DNA of 62,982 bases, filler included, from Octopus bimaculoides (GCF_001194135.2; 8 parts of 7 records of this genome joined end to end with filler, not necessarily neighbours in it), one strand, 5' to 3'. Shown: positions 40,304 to 52,946, counted from the first letter of the whole stretch. Translations and numbers: made by a program. The notes: generated by a model not told the origin, from the letters alone.

Positions 40304-41451
40304 CCCTTTTGTTGTCATATTTTTCTTGAAATACACTTCTCTGTTTCAAATGATTTCGAAAATAATAAAGAATAGATTAAAACAACTGTGTCATTATTAG
40401 ACAGATGTTTAAGGGCAGTGAACTGGTATTGGTAGTATTTCACTCGTCTTTGTCTTCTGAGTTCAAATTCTTCAGCGGTTGACTTCGCCTTTTGTCGAGT
40501 ACTGTGGGTTGATGTAACCGACTTACCCCCACCCCCAAAATTGCTGGCCTTGTGCCAGAATTTGAAATCGTTACTTGTTGTTGGCACTCCGTCGCTTACG
40601 ACATCGAGGGTTCCAGTTGATCCGATCAACGGAACAGCCTGCTCGTGAAATTAACGTGCAAGTGGCTGAGCACTCCACAGACACGTGTACCCTTAATGTA
40701 GTTCTCGGGGATATCCAGCGTGACACAGTGTGACAAGGCTGACCCTTTGAATTACAGGCACAACAGAAACAGGAAGTAAGAGTGAGAGAAAGTTGTGGTG
40801 GAAGAGTACAACAGGGTTCACCACCATCCCCTGCCAGAGCCCCGTGGAGCTTTAGGTGTTTTCGCTCAATAAACACTCACAACGCCCGGTCTGGGAATCG
40901 AAACCGCGATCCTATGATCACGAGTCTGCTGCCGTAACCACTGGGCCATTGCGCCTCCACCAAAATTGTTACTAGACAGATGTTTAAGGCAATGAGCTTG
41001 AAGAATTGTTATGACGCCAGACAGCATTTCTTCTGTCTCTTTACATTCTGAGCTCATATGCCACCAAAGTTAACTTTGCTTTTCAACGTTCTGGGGTTGA
41101 TAAAGGAAGTACCAGTTGCGTACTGGGATCAATCTAAATAATTTCCCCTTCCTCTCAAAATTGCTGGCATTGTACCAAAATTTGAAACCATTGATAAATT
41201 GATGTTTGGAATATAAATTGATTTCAAATTTTGGCACAAGGCCAGCAATTTGAGGGAAGTGGGGGACATTGATTACATCAACCCCCCCCCCCCCCNNNNN
41301 NNNNNCTTGGCGGAATTTGAACTTTGAACTTGTTTGGAATAGAAATTAACATGAAATTTTAATAGAAAGCTTTAATTAAAATTGCCTTAAAACAGAAGGT
41401 TCTGATCATAGAACCAAGAGTGGTCTTGGGTTGGTTGGTATCTGAAAAGGT
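40304..41451. mobile_element. Putative piggyBac-like non-autonomous element with nested SINEs
   Basis: TTAA|CCCTTTT at 40300-40310 and AAAAGGG|TTAA at 41445-41455; contains SINE B pieces (40430-40570, 41020-41190, 41225-41330) and a SINE C. Confidence 0.5.
40576..40960 (-). mobile_element. SINE family C full-length copy
   Basis: Reverse complement of the 60411 copy; imperfect TSD aaat(c/t)gttact at 40565-40575 and 40963-40973. Confidence 0.9.
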
Positions 41452-41945
41452 TAATGAGTGCAGTTATGGTTATGTGGCTAAGAAGTTAGCTTAGCAATTG
41501 TGAGAACTTGAGTTCAATCCCTACTGCCTAGTGTCTTGATCAATTAGTGTCTTTTATTGACGCCTCAAGTCGACTTGAGCTTTGTTAGCGAAATCAAGCA
41601 GACATGAACTATGTGGGAGGGAGCCTGTCGTATCATTGATTCTGTTTGGTCAGTTCAAAGGGTTACCGTTGCTCTTCACCCCTCTGCCATACATTGTGTA
41701 CATTGTGTCATGCTAAGTGTGTCTGAAGTTTACATTGAAGGTACAAGTGTCTTTGAAATCCACAATCAGTTAGGCTATAATTCAATGGCTGTTAGTTGAT
41801 TACACTACAGGACTGACTGCATGTCCTTGAGGTCGATGGAGAACACGTTTTAGTCTGTGTGGCAGGCAGGGTTAATCCACAGAATATTGGCTTAAAGAGT
41901 TCCACTTCACTGAAATGATCTCCCCCTCTCTTTCCATTCCTTATT

Positions 41946-41956
41946 ACACACACACA

Positions 41957-42016
<60 letters not shown>

Positions 42017-42800
42017 CTCTCTCTCTTTCTCTCTTTCTCTATCTCTCTCTCTCACTCACCTCCTCCTGTCTTTTGTTTTATCCCTTGATATTTCTCTCTC
42101 TCTCTCTCTCTCTTCTCTCTCTTCTCTCTGCCTTTCTTTTATCTTGGCTTTTCTCTCTCCGTCTCTGTCTGTCTGTCTCTCTCTCTCTTGCTCTCTCATC
42201 CCCCTCATATCTGCCTCTCTCCCTGGTTCTAGCCATCATCCTTTCTCTCTCTCTCTCCCTCTCCCCCCTTCCACTTCCTCACTCACTCTCCCTCTCTCAC
42301 CATCTTATCTCCTTTGTTTTATCTGTTGGGTTTTTTCTCCCTCCCTCCCTCTTATCTTCCCTTGTCCCTTTCATTTTAACAGTTGGTCTCTCTCTCTCTC
42401 TTCTCATCCTCTCTGTCTAATCCCCTCATATCTCCCTCACTTCATCTGTCAGTTTGTCTCCCCCCCCGTCTCCCACACTGTCTCCCCCCTCTCTCTCTCT
42501 CACTTCATCCTGTCTCCCTTGTTCTGCCTGTCAGTCTTTCTCCCTCTAACTGTAAATTGATCACTTAGTACCTTTCACTCTCCAATACTTTCTCAAAATC
42601 TCATTCATCAGTTTATGCTTGTCTCTCTTTATTTCTCGACTTGTATCCTTTCCCTGAACTTTTTTTTACTTTACATGTGTGTTTATACCTCTCATCATTT
42701 CTCATTTACTCTCGTCTCTGCTTCATTATCTTCTCCTCTCTCTCTTTCTCTATCTCGTAACATCTCACCCTCTCTCTTTCTCTCTCAACTGACTTTAAAA
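41946..42800. repeat. (CA)n followed by a long CT-rich degenerate low-complexity tract
   Basis: Directly visible. Confidence 0.9.
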
Positions 42801-43369
42801 TTACATATGACCTGGAAGGCACCGGCCTCTCTACATACATATATACTTACATATTTACTCAAAATACATTGTCTGCTTGGACATACACATATATGCATAT
42901 CTACATTGCATACACGAGGTTACATATTACCATGTGCATACATTTTAGCATCCTGTCTGTGCATGCATTCACACACACACACACGCATCTGTATAATATA
43001 CATGTATATATATGTATGGATAAATGTATATCTTTGTGTATAGATAGATAGATATCTAGATATCTAGATAGATAGATAGATAGATAGATAAATATAAATA
43101 TATGGATATATATATACATATATATATATGAGACAGACAGTGAGAGAGAAAAACTATATATACGCACACACACACACACACACATACATGTAAACACATG
43201 TATACATTTGTATGTACATGAACAAAGATACATGTATATCTGTATATGTATGCATAAATACAGACATATAATGTAAGTGCATGTACATAAGTACATTTAA
43301 AAATATGTATATATGTCTATGTATATATATGTGTGTGTGTATATATATATATATATACACACATACATT

Positions 43370-43405
<36 letters not shown>

Positions 43406-44354
43406 ATGTGTATGTGTATGGTTTGCACTGGTGTACTTAGCCTTGACTTATATTTCCATATTTAAACAACCACTGCTACTATTCTTACCATTACAGGGGA
43501 TGGTTAGTGCAATACTAGACATCAGTATTAGCATCTTACTCCCAACAGCCAGCATCATACCGTCCACTGTGCTGCAGGCTTTTAAAAGATGATTAGAAAG
43601 ATACTTTTAAACACATACACAGATTCTCAAATATATATATTCGTTTCAGTATATATACATATGCATATATATATATATANNNNNNNNNNNNNNNNNNNNN
43701 NNNNNNNNNNNNNNNNNNNNNNNTTAATTAATTAANNNNNNNNNNNNNNNNNNNNNNNNNNNNNNNNNNNNNNNNNNNNACCCCCTTTTCCTTCCTATGA
43801 TCCCTTTTGATCGACCCCCCCTTTTTCCCCCTCCCAAAAAGAAAAGCTCTACATTGTATCTGTCCCATCTTCGTTGAGCCCTGTGTGGCTAACAAAAGAA
43901 ATGTATCTATCCATCTATCTATATATCTATCCATCTATCTATCTACCTATCTATATATATATACCTATCTATATATATACCTATCTATCTATCTATATAT
44001 ATATATATATATATATAATTGTTCAGAGTAATATAATGTCGCGAGCTAAGTAATTGTCTTGTGACGCTGACAATCTTACAACATAATTATAGTCTATAAA
44101 ATGCACTTCGTAGTTTTGTTTCCGGAATTCATCAATAAAACGCACCATTTATATTTCTAGCTCCGTCCAGTATTTTTGATGGCTATATGATTCATTTTGT
44201 GAACAATACTATCGTTTCTTTTGTGATACGAATCAGCTAATCAGTAGTTTACTGTATTTCTAATCGTGAAAGTGACAAGAAAATCTTTGGGCCACTCAGC
44301 CGAAATATGTACCACATCATATTGCATAGGTTTATTTAGTTATTTGGACGTATA

Positions 44355-44720
44355 TTCTGTTATTTGGTTCAGTTATTTGACTGCAGCCATGCTGGAGCAC
44401 CGCCTTTAGTCGAAAAAATCGACCCCAGGACTTATTCTTTGTAAGCCTAGTACTTATTCTATCGGGTTGTTTTTGCCAAACCGCTAAATTACGGGGACAT
44501 AAACACATCAACATCGGTTGTGAAGTGAAGGTGGAGGACAAACAGACACAAAAACATACACACGCACACACAACAGGCTTCTTTCAATTTTCGTCTATCA
44601 AATCCACTCACAAGGCTTTGGTCGGCCCGAGGTTATAGTAGCAGAGATTTTTCCAAGGTGCCACGCAGTGGCACTGAACCCGGAACCATGTGGGTGGTAA
44701 GCAGGTTACTTAACACACAT
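44355..44720 (-). mobile_element. SINE family A copy
   Basis: ctgcagccatgctggagcaccgcctttagtcga..ggtgccacgcagtgg. Confidence 0.85.
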
Positions 44721-45254
44721 TCACTCTTGTATATTTTTTCCCTATACTTGTGCAGTATCCGTAAAGGTACGTGAAATAGGGCGTTCATAGAGTTTGCTGT
44801 GGCATTACAGTGTCAATGCAATTTCAGATGTTGGTTGCTATCACTCAATACCGAATGATTGATTGGAACAGTGGTCGTTAACTTTATATTTTCTTTTCTG
44901 TTTGAAGCGATAAATTCTCTGATCACTTCCATATGAAGGTGGTGTTCCACTGTGGCAGTATTTCAATAACTGAAACCAATAAAAGAATAAAATAATCTGC
45001 TACATTGATTACCCTGAGCAATAACGGAACTTTGGAACCGTTTTTAGAACTCAAAAGCTTTAACATTTTCTAACTTTGTCCGATGTAGAAATGCGGGATA
45101 AAGCTGGGGATATCTCTTCTGATTATCTGTACAATGCAACCAAAGTTGCATTGTATAAAGTTCATTTGTAGCTTCAAGCAAATCGATCGATTGGATTGAT
45201 TATATGAAAACCGATAAATAATAGATGACGCGGAGTTCGAATTCCGCTGGCGAT

Positions 45255-45395
45255 ATTACAGTTCTTCTTCTTCTTCTTCTCCGCTTCATTCTCCTCCTCC
45301 TCCTCCTCGTCTGCTTCATTCTTCTCCGCTTCATTCTTCTTCATCTTCATCATCTTCTCCTTCGCTTCATTCTTCTTTTTCATCACTCTCTTCTT
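45255..45395. repeat. Degenerate (TTC/TCC)n repeat with a recurring CGCTTCATTCT unit
   Basis: Directly visible. Confidence 0.85.
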
Positions 45396-45411
45396 CCCCC
45401 TCTCTCTCTAT

Positions 45412-45444
<33 letters not shown>

Positions 45445-45509
45445 AATGCATATATGTATAGTTTAGATATATATATGTGTGTGTGTGTCTGTGTGCAAAA
45501 AAATGTGTA

Positions 45510-46085
45510 CAGAGTACCTCACAGAAGTACGTACACACCCAAAACGTTTCAGTAAAATTGCTTTTACTCTGATAATATCGAAGGAAATCAGACGAAAATT
45601 ATACTGAATAAAATATATTATCCATTCAAATATTATACAAATTTGGAACCCAAAACAATGAATATTTTCAAAGATATGAACGAAATATTAATTTTCAAAC
45701 GTTACAAAGATATGTACACCCTAAAGGAAATTTGCTCTATTCAATATTTTATCCGCTTTGTTTTACTAAATTCATATATTGCTAATAATTTAAATTCTAA
45801 TAAATTATTTCTCCTGACATTTTGCACCGGTTATTCTTATTGCATCTGCAGGAATTCTGATTTGTGTACCGGGGTGAAAATCTTCATTGTGATTAAAATA
45901 GCACCAAAAGGAAAAGAATTGTCCGAAGATTTGAAGAAAATTCTTTTTAATTTGCAGAAGAATGGTTTAGGATACGAGTTAATTAGCAAACGAATACATA
46001 TTAGCATAAGCAAAGTTGCCAAAGTAATTCAGATGTACAAAGCTACTGGACGGCTAAGTAATAAATATTGTCCTGGTCATAAGCA
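45510..46085 (+). mobile_element. Tc1-family transposon 5' fragment (TIR and N-terminal HTH)
   Basis: TA|CAGAGTACCTCACAGAAGT..TACACACCC TIR-like end; (I)APKGKELSEDLKK..GLGYELISK..ISISKVAKVIQ HTH; expected start codon reads ATA at 45898. Confidence 0.8.
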
Positions 46086-47040
46086 ATAAAACATTCCAAG
46101 CAGGAATCTACAGCCTAGAAGACGAACTTCTTCCTGGAAGATCTGTAGAGCTCTACGACGACGTCCTTCAAACCCTGATGAAACAAAATCCCATCGTAAC
46201 TGTTGAGACACTAGCGCAGAGAAGCTTGGATATGGTCCTTCAACCATTCATCAACATTTGCGTGCTGTCGGAAAAGTCAGCAAGTTGGATCAGTGGATTC
46301 CTCACACACTTTCCGTGTCTAATCGCGCGCAGAGAGTGAATGTGTGTTCTTTTTTGCTGTCACGTCTCACGAATGAACCTTTTGTGGACTGAATAGTGAC
46401 TGTTGACGAGAAATGGACTCTTTACGAAAACGTCAAGCACCGAAGACTGTGGGTAAGGAAAGGAGAAACACCGGCACCCCAGGGTAAAAGACTTCACCTT
46501 CGTAAGGTGTTGTTATCTGTTTGATGAGATATGAACTTTTAAACCCGAACTTTTAAACTCAAATCAAATGATAAAAGAGATCTACTGTGAGCAGTTTGAG
46601 TAGATTAAGTCAGCGCTAAAAGAAAAACGACCATCTTTGGTTTCAAGACGAAAGATATTCTTCCATCAGGATAATGCTCGTGCTACATACAGCGAGGATG
46701 ACTTTCCAAAGGCTGGAACAGTTTGAATGGGAAACGAAGCCCCACTCACCATATTTGCTGGACATTGCCCCATTTGATTATCATTTATTCCCCAGTCTTC
46801 AAAATCATTTGGACGGAAAAAATATGAATTCTGTAGACGAGGTCAGAACAGAACTGGTGGAGTATTTTTCGTCACAGACAAGTGAATTTTGGAAGAGGGG
46901 CCTTGCAAGCCTACCAGATAGATGGAATAGTATTGTAGATAATGAAAAAGCGTATATTTCTGCTTAAAAAAGAACTTTGTTTATCTTAATTTTGAAAAAT
47001 AAATCAAATATAAAAAAACCCGCATTATTTATGTATATAA
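46086..47040 (+). mobile_element. Mariner (DD34D) transposon 3' portion, degraded
   Basis: SLEDE..PGRS, WIPHTL, VTVDEKW, HQDNAR, PYLLDIAPFDYHLF, LPDRWNSIVDN. Confidence 0.9.
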
Positions 47041-47837
47041 GTATCGTTGACTGGAATAAAACTAACAAATATGGAAAAAATTCTTTAATTGCTTTGTGAC
47101 GTGTCAAAGAAATCTTAGTAGTTTTTTAAAGTAGATTTACGAAGCAATTTCAGATTAATTGCAATAGAAGTGTGCGAATACAATTTTTTAATACTTTCTT
47201 AATTAATTAAAATGTCAATATCGTTATTATTTATTGTAATTGGAGCAGAATCTGAAACAGGTGGAAACATTGTGAAATGAGAGTTGATGACTTAACTGTT
47301 ATAATGAGAACGATATACCTTTTCCTCCATTATATAATAATGAGATTCCTTGGTAGACTAATCTGTCGTTTATGAATCTTGACTTCCACCAAAAGAAACC
47401 AACAAAAAAAATCAGTTATAATCCTTCTAATCGCAGCCAATGGAAAAGAATCATTAGAATTACATTGATTATATTGTATAAAGTCTATGATAACTGCATT
47501 GAAGAAAAATGTTGATCGTAAATTATAGAGATTAACATCCATCTGTGCGTGTTCTGATGTCTGTGTTTCTTGTACTAAATTCTTTAACTCGAGTTATTTT
47601 CAAGAAACATTTGACGTAGAACGTTCTGTTGTTAACCTATGCTAAAAATATTTACTGCACCTTCTTCACAATGTTATATGGTAGATATTGTTCCAAAACT
47701 ATAATCTTAGTTTAAAAGTCGTAAGTCTGGGCCAAGTCTGCGAAAAAATCTGGTTCTTTTTGCTTACGAGGTGGCGGGCAAATCTATACCTTTTGGTTTA
47801 ATGTGGAGAAACTTCAGTTTATAAATCCTTTCTACAA

Positions 47838-48040
47838 TAGAGGCATAGCTTGAAATTTGGGGGGAGTGGGTAGTCAATTACATCGATCCCAGTCCTTGAC
47901 TGATACTTTTTTTTTATCAACACCGAAAAGATGAAAGGCAAAATTGATTTCGGCAGCATTTGAACTCAGAACGTAGAGACAGACAAAATGCCATTAAGCA
48001 TTTTGTCTGGCGTGCTAACAATTCTGCCAGCTCACCGCCT
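47838..48040 (-). mobile_element. SINE family B copy
   Basis: atttgaactcagaacg..ctgccagctcaccgcct. Confidence 0.8.
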
Positions 48041-48354
48041 CTCTGAAGGAATTACATAACGTGATATGTCTATAGATGTTTGTTGAAATATAGTTCAGTA
48101 ATAACAATTCTTTATCTTTTGTCGTCGTAGTGACTGATTTTGCTTCAAACTTTTTGAAAGTGTGGTATAGATGTAACCATTTTGACTGGAGCTTGCACAT
48201 CAGATGGCGAAATATCAGATAACTTTGTCAGGATAAATTTATTCTTTATTTCATCTCTATAGCTAGCTGCAAGTGTTAGTCGGTTTTATTTATATTTCCT
48301 TATAGTTGTTGCTTCAGAATTTCTATCAATACAAGATAACCGTCTGCCTGCAAC

Positions 48355-48444
48355 ATGGAAAAGAAGAAGAATTTCCATGATAACGCTACATCTTGTTCTA
48401 TGCGGCTTCTCTCAAAGAATGCTTTTCACTCCTGTGCATCGGTT
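48355..48444 (+). CDS. Candidate first coding exon of the IL-17-like gene (speculative)
   Basis: In-frame ATGs at 48355 and 48400; phase-0 GTT|gtaaga donor at 48445; joined to 52467 it gives MRLLSKNAFHSCASV-LLLWIAVITCCCNVRG, a plausible signal peptide; pyrimidine-rich acceptor-like site near 48300-48317. Confidence 0.3.
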
Positions 48445-49574
48445 GTAAGAACAGTAATAGCTATAATAATAGGAAATAGCAGCTGTGGCTTTTACAGTAA
48501 TAACAATTGTGAAGCCATCGCACATGTATTCGTCGGAAAGTCAAAGGAATCGTTGAAATACTCCCAAAAGATTTTATTCAGCAATTCGTGTCTGCTGCTT
48601 TGACTGTTGACGTGCTTTTCATCTAACAGTCGAGTTAACACAGTAACACATACACATAGTAGCTCATATTATATTTAAATCATTGCACACACATACATAC
48701 GTTTGACATATTTCACTTCGAAACAGTAACCTTGTTTATACTTCTTCAGTGTTCTTGTTATTCCCAAATCAGCTCGGATCAAGTAGATCTGTGATCAAAG
48801 GCATTTCTGTCGCAACATATCCTATTTATTTTAGGCATTATACACATCACACCACCTTATACAATGCGTCTTTTATTAACATTTGTAGGGTGGGGTTTGA
48901 GGGTTTTCTGTCTATCAATTTATTTTTAGTAGATAGTACAACCATGTTGGAATTCTCCTGTGGGATCAACAGAATTGCATAGTTGACAGTAACGTGTGGA
49001 AACTAAATGTTTGCCTTTCTCGTTGATTTCATAATCATGTGAGAAGAACCACAGGAGAGATCTCGTCATTGCTTCATTCAAATCTCTTAGACTAGCTTTA
49101 ACCCTGTTCTACAAGTAATAAACACACGATAATAGAATCAATCTGGGAGTCTCAGCGTTGTTTCTTGATATGCTAATTATTGCTGGTCAAATGTACGTCA
49201 ATCACCTGCTACCGTGTTAAAAAATGGGAGGGGTTCGGTAAGTTAGTTCTAAATGTTAAAAAGAATGTTTTTGATTAGAAGGTCAGTTGATCTGGTTGAG
49301 ATAAGGCAAAAAAAAAAAAAAAAGAAAGACATCAACGACAGCGATAAAGAAAAAGAAAAATTTCAGCAAAGAAAGTAATAGAATGAATAAGTGCAATAAC
49401 AACAACAAAGCAAAAACCTTTAGTTCAGGGTTAACCTGGGGCAAAAAAAAACAAAACATCTCCCAACAGTGATGGAGCCTCTAGACAACCACCTGATGGA
49501 AATAGAAGCTAAATATGTCTCAGGTCAGACTACACAATCTTGGACAGGAAGGTTATATTGGAGATGTTATGACA

Positions 49575-49790
49575 TAAAAAAAAACCAAGAGATGGTCACG
49601 ACTGGAAAGATTTCTTTTGCTTATTGACATGGTAGATCAGAAATAACCAAGAGTTAAGCAACAACAACAATTATTGCTAGTTATACGATGCTCCGACCGC
49701 ATGTTTGTTGTTGTTGAATTTTGCCCCAGTTTAGCCTCATCGAGCAGACCCATATAGTGTCAAAGGTGTTCCACGGCCATGGCAGGAGTC
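49575..49790. repeat. Two oppositely oriented short (CAA)n-tailed repeat remnants (family E)
   Basis: gatggtcacgactggaa..aagcaacaacaac and tgttgttg..gagcagacccat..caaagg; related copies at 25122-25205, 48748-48810, 53648-53730, 53780-53880. Confidence 0.55.
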
Positions 49791-50189
49791 ATTTATCAAG
49801 AGACTGTTATTTCGAATTCCATGGCCTGGTAATAAAAATTCAGTCAATTCTTTCAAATCACATTTTAATATCTATAAAAATACAGGTTCAAATGGGATAG
49901 AAAAGATGTGTCGTACACCTGGTAAAAGTACCGTTGGTAGCCTTTGAATATAGATTTTCTTGATGACGATTGAAGGATAGAAAACAACGACCACGATTGT
50001 AGGACAATTGCTTGACCTCATCTCCGCTCCAGATCAGCACCTCCCTGGACAGTTTCTCTAATTCAGAGGAAGTTTGCCAAAAGGACAACACAAAATGTGC
50101 GATTAAATATGAATAGAGCTAAGTAGGGATTTATTTTCCATGTTTCATCTGTTATCCAATGGGGAAAAAAAAGCATCCAGTAGAAAGTG

Positions 50190-50501
50190 ACACCTTGAGC
50201 AAGTGTCTTCTACTATAGCCTCGGGTCGACCAAAGCCTTGTGAGTGGACTTGGTAGAAAGAAACTAAAAGAAGCCCGTCGTATATATGTGTGTGTGTGTG
50301 TGTGTGTGTGCTTGTCCCCCACCTCCAACATGGATTGAAAACCAATGCTGGTGTGTTTACGTCCCCTTAACTTAGCGGTTTGACGATAAGTACTAGGAAT
50401 AAGTACTAGGCTTACAAAGAATAAGTCCTGGGATGGATTTGCTCGACTAAAGGCGGTGCTCCAGCATGGCAGCAGCCAAATTACTGAAACAAGTAAAAGA
50501 G

Positions 50502-50502
<1 letters not shown>
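50190..50502 (+). mobile_element. SINE family A, 5' truncated
   Basis: caccttgagcaagtgtcttctactatagcc to aagtaaaagagta. Confidence 0.85.
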
Positions 50503-50533
<31 letters not shown>

Positions 50534-51451
50534 TATTATGTATGTATGCATGTATGTATGTATGTATGTATGTATGTATGTGAGTATACTGAGCTGAAGA
50601 AATCGTCTGTTACATTGGAATCACCCTCGTGTGTGACCAGTTACTCGGGCGGGAAACAATTCTGTAACTGGGTGAGCTGTTAAATGGAAAGAAAATAGGA
50701 CTTTATATTTAACTGGTTTTCCATCGTACAAGCTCACACACCAACACAAACGGTTAGCCAAGGTCAGCAGAATGATGCAGGAACAAGAATGAAGGTTTTC
50801 AATAGATGCTTATCCTTAGAACATACATACACAACAGAAGAAGCAAAAGAAAAAAAAAAAAAGAGAAGAGAAGAAAAGAAAGAGGTGTCTGACATAATTT
50901 CTAAATAACTGTTCATCTCCCGAGTGTACGGAAACGCATACATTCACAACGCAGGAAAATTTAATCCAAGAAAGAATGCGATAGAAAAAAGAAAGAAAAT
51001 ACCAAGGAGGTGAAGGAGTGTGGCAGGAAAAAACAAAGGTATTTGAAGTCGTCTGCATTCTCCGAAATTACACACACATTCACGCGCACAGATAAACATA
51101 TATGTCATAGTTACAACGTAAGCGAACCAATTCACACGGGCTTTATCGCTTTCTTCCAATTTACTTCATTTTACCGTCTTATTTTCCCCTCTTTCCGCTC
51201 TACATCTATGTTTTGAATAAAGGAAAATATCCGAAACGTCACAATTGCCCACTTTTACTTTTCTGATTATCACCCAAATAATTCTGATTTTGAGTTGAAT
51301 ACTTTTTTGCGATTCATGCCGGAGCTAACCTATGGTCTTACATTTATCTATATATCTAACTAATTATCTATCTATGTATATGTGTGTAGGTATTTGCGTT
51401 ATAAATGTATGTACACACACACATATGTATACCAGTACATAGGTATATGTG

Positions 51452-51482
<31 letters not shown>

Positions 51483-52113
51483 ATATATATATATACATAC
51501 ACCTACATGTATACACATGTTTATACATACACACACACACACACATGTAATAAAAGGAAATATAATCATTCAAATTCTACAGATTCTTATCTTATTCTTC
51601 TGAAACCGAATTCTATTGAATGCTTCAGAATCGTATTTTTTTTCTTTCCGTGGCATTCGTTACAAATTATTTATTGATACTTTTCATAAATCTTTTAACA
51701 CTTTTGAAAATTTTTCCACATTTGATGTATTGTCTTAATATTATCATTTTTGTTCTTGTTTGTCGTTTTTATGGCCTCATACACACACACACATAAATAT
51801 TATACGAATTTTCGTGTTTGCATATTGTATATTTTTCTTTTTACAATATTTTGCTCTCATTTTGCCTTCGTTTTCCTCTGACTTGCTTCTTTCTTTATAA
51901 ATTATTTCAAATAATAATAATAATAATAATAATAATAATTAATATCTTTTTGTCTACATTTCATGGTAAATTTTTGCAGCCCTCACAAGACATTTTTCTT
52001 TTCGTTTGCTTTTCATGACAAGTTCTGTGTCTTCGTTAATCGCAAGATTCTCAAGAAATCTGTTCGAAAAATTAAGCAGATAATATTCCATCGTCTATTG
52101 TTTGGCTTCTAAT

Positions 52114-52148
<35 letters not shown>

Positions 52149-52466
52149 TTCAATAATAAGACGAATTCTTTTACAAGAATTTATCAAGTAGCTAGCGTGA
52201 AAAAACCTGATAAGGGAAAAAATCCATCATTTATTCCCGAAATATATATTNNNNNNNNNNNNNNNNNNNNNNNNNNNNNNNNNNNNNNNNNNNNTTAATT
52301 AATTAANNNNNNNNNNNNNNNNNNNNNNNNNNNNNNNNNNNNNNNNNNNNGGGATTATAAGTCATGTATTAGCGTGTGTATGTATAAATATATAAAAGGA
52401 CAAACACACACACACATACACACAGAGTTAGATTTTGTATTTATCATTTTCTTCTTCTCGTTGCAG

Positions 52467-52892
52467 TTGCTCCTGTGGATTGCCGTGATCACGTGCTGTT
52501 GTAACGTCCGGGGAGGGGAATCCGTCACCATTGTAGGCCACCTGTTCATCGCTTCGTTCAAAGCTCCTCGGGCACGGAGTGCCGTGTTCGTGACGAACGA
52601 CTCGCTCGTGGACGCCAGCGAATCGAAGCCGGTGTCCAACACCACGTGCAAGACCATCGTGCGGCGGTCTTATAACGAGGCGCGGTACCCGAAAGTCGTT
52701 TACCACGTCCAGTGTGATTTTAATAGAAGTTCGCAGGATGAGTGCGACCAATCGACCAAAAATGTGCATATGCTGTTCAAGAAGAACTGTGAGAAGAACA
52801 TTTGCTCCTACGATGTTGAAGTAAACCCTATACAGACGGCTTGTGTTAAAAAACGGAGCGCAGACGAAAGACAAAAAGAAGGGAAAATAGTT
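52467..52892 (+). CDS. Coding exon of secreted IL-17-like / cystine-knot-type protein: signal-peptide h-region, pro-segment, domain 1 and KKR linker
   Basis: Polypyrimidine tract plus ttgcag acceptor at 52461-52466; 142 open codons (LLLWIAVITCCCNVRG...CKTIVRRSYNEARYPKVVYHVQC...CSYDVEVNPIQTACVKKRS); phase-0 donor GTT|gtaagt at 52893; RYP..V...C motif as in the IL-17 family. Confidence 0.85.
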
Positions 52893-52946
52893 GTAAGTAT
52901 TCGGTTGTTCTTTTTTTTTTTTTTTTGATTTTTGTTTATACATTGG

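Noticed and set aside
45643-46089. 148-aa ORF as an intact gene
   Set aside because: Only the last ~63 aa are Tc1 HTH; the ORF start is non-coding transposon leader and the apparent true ATG reads ATA
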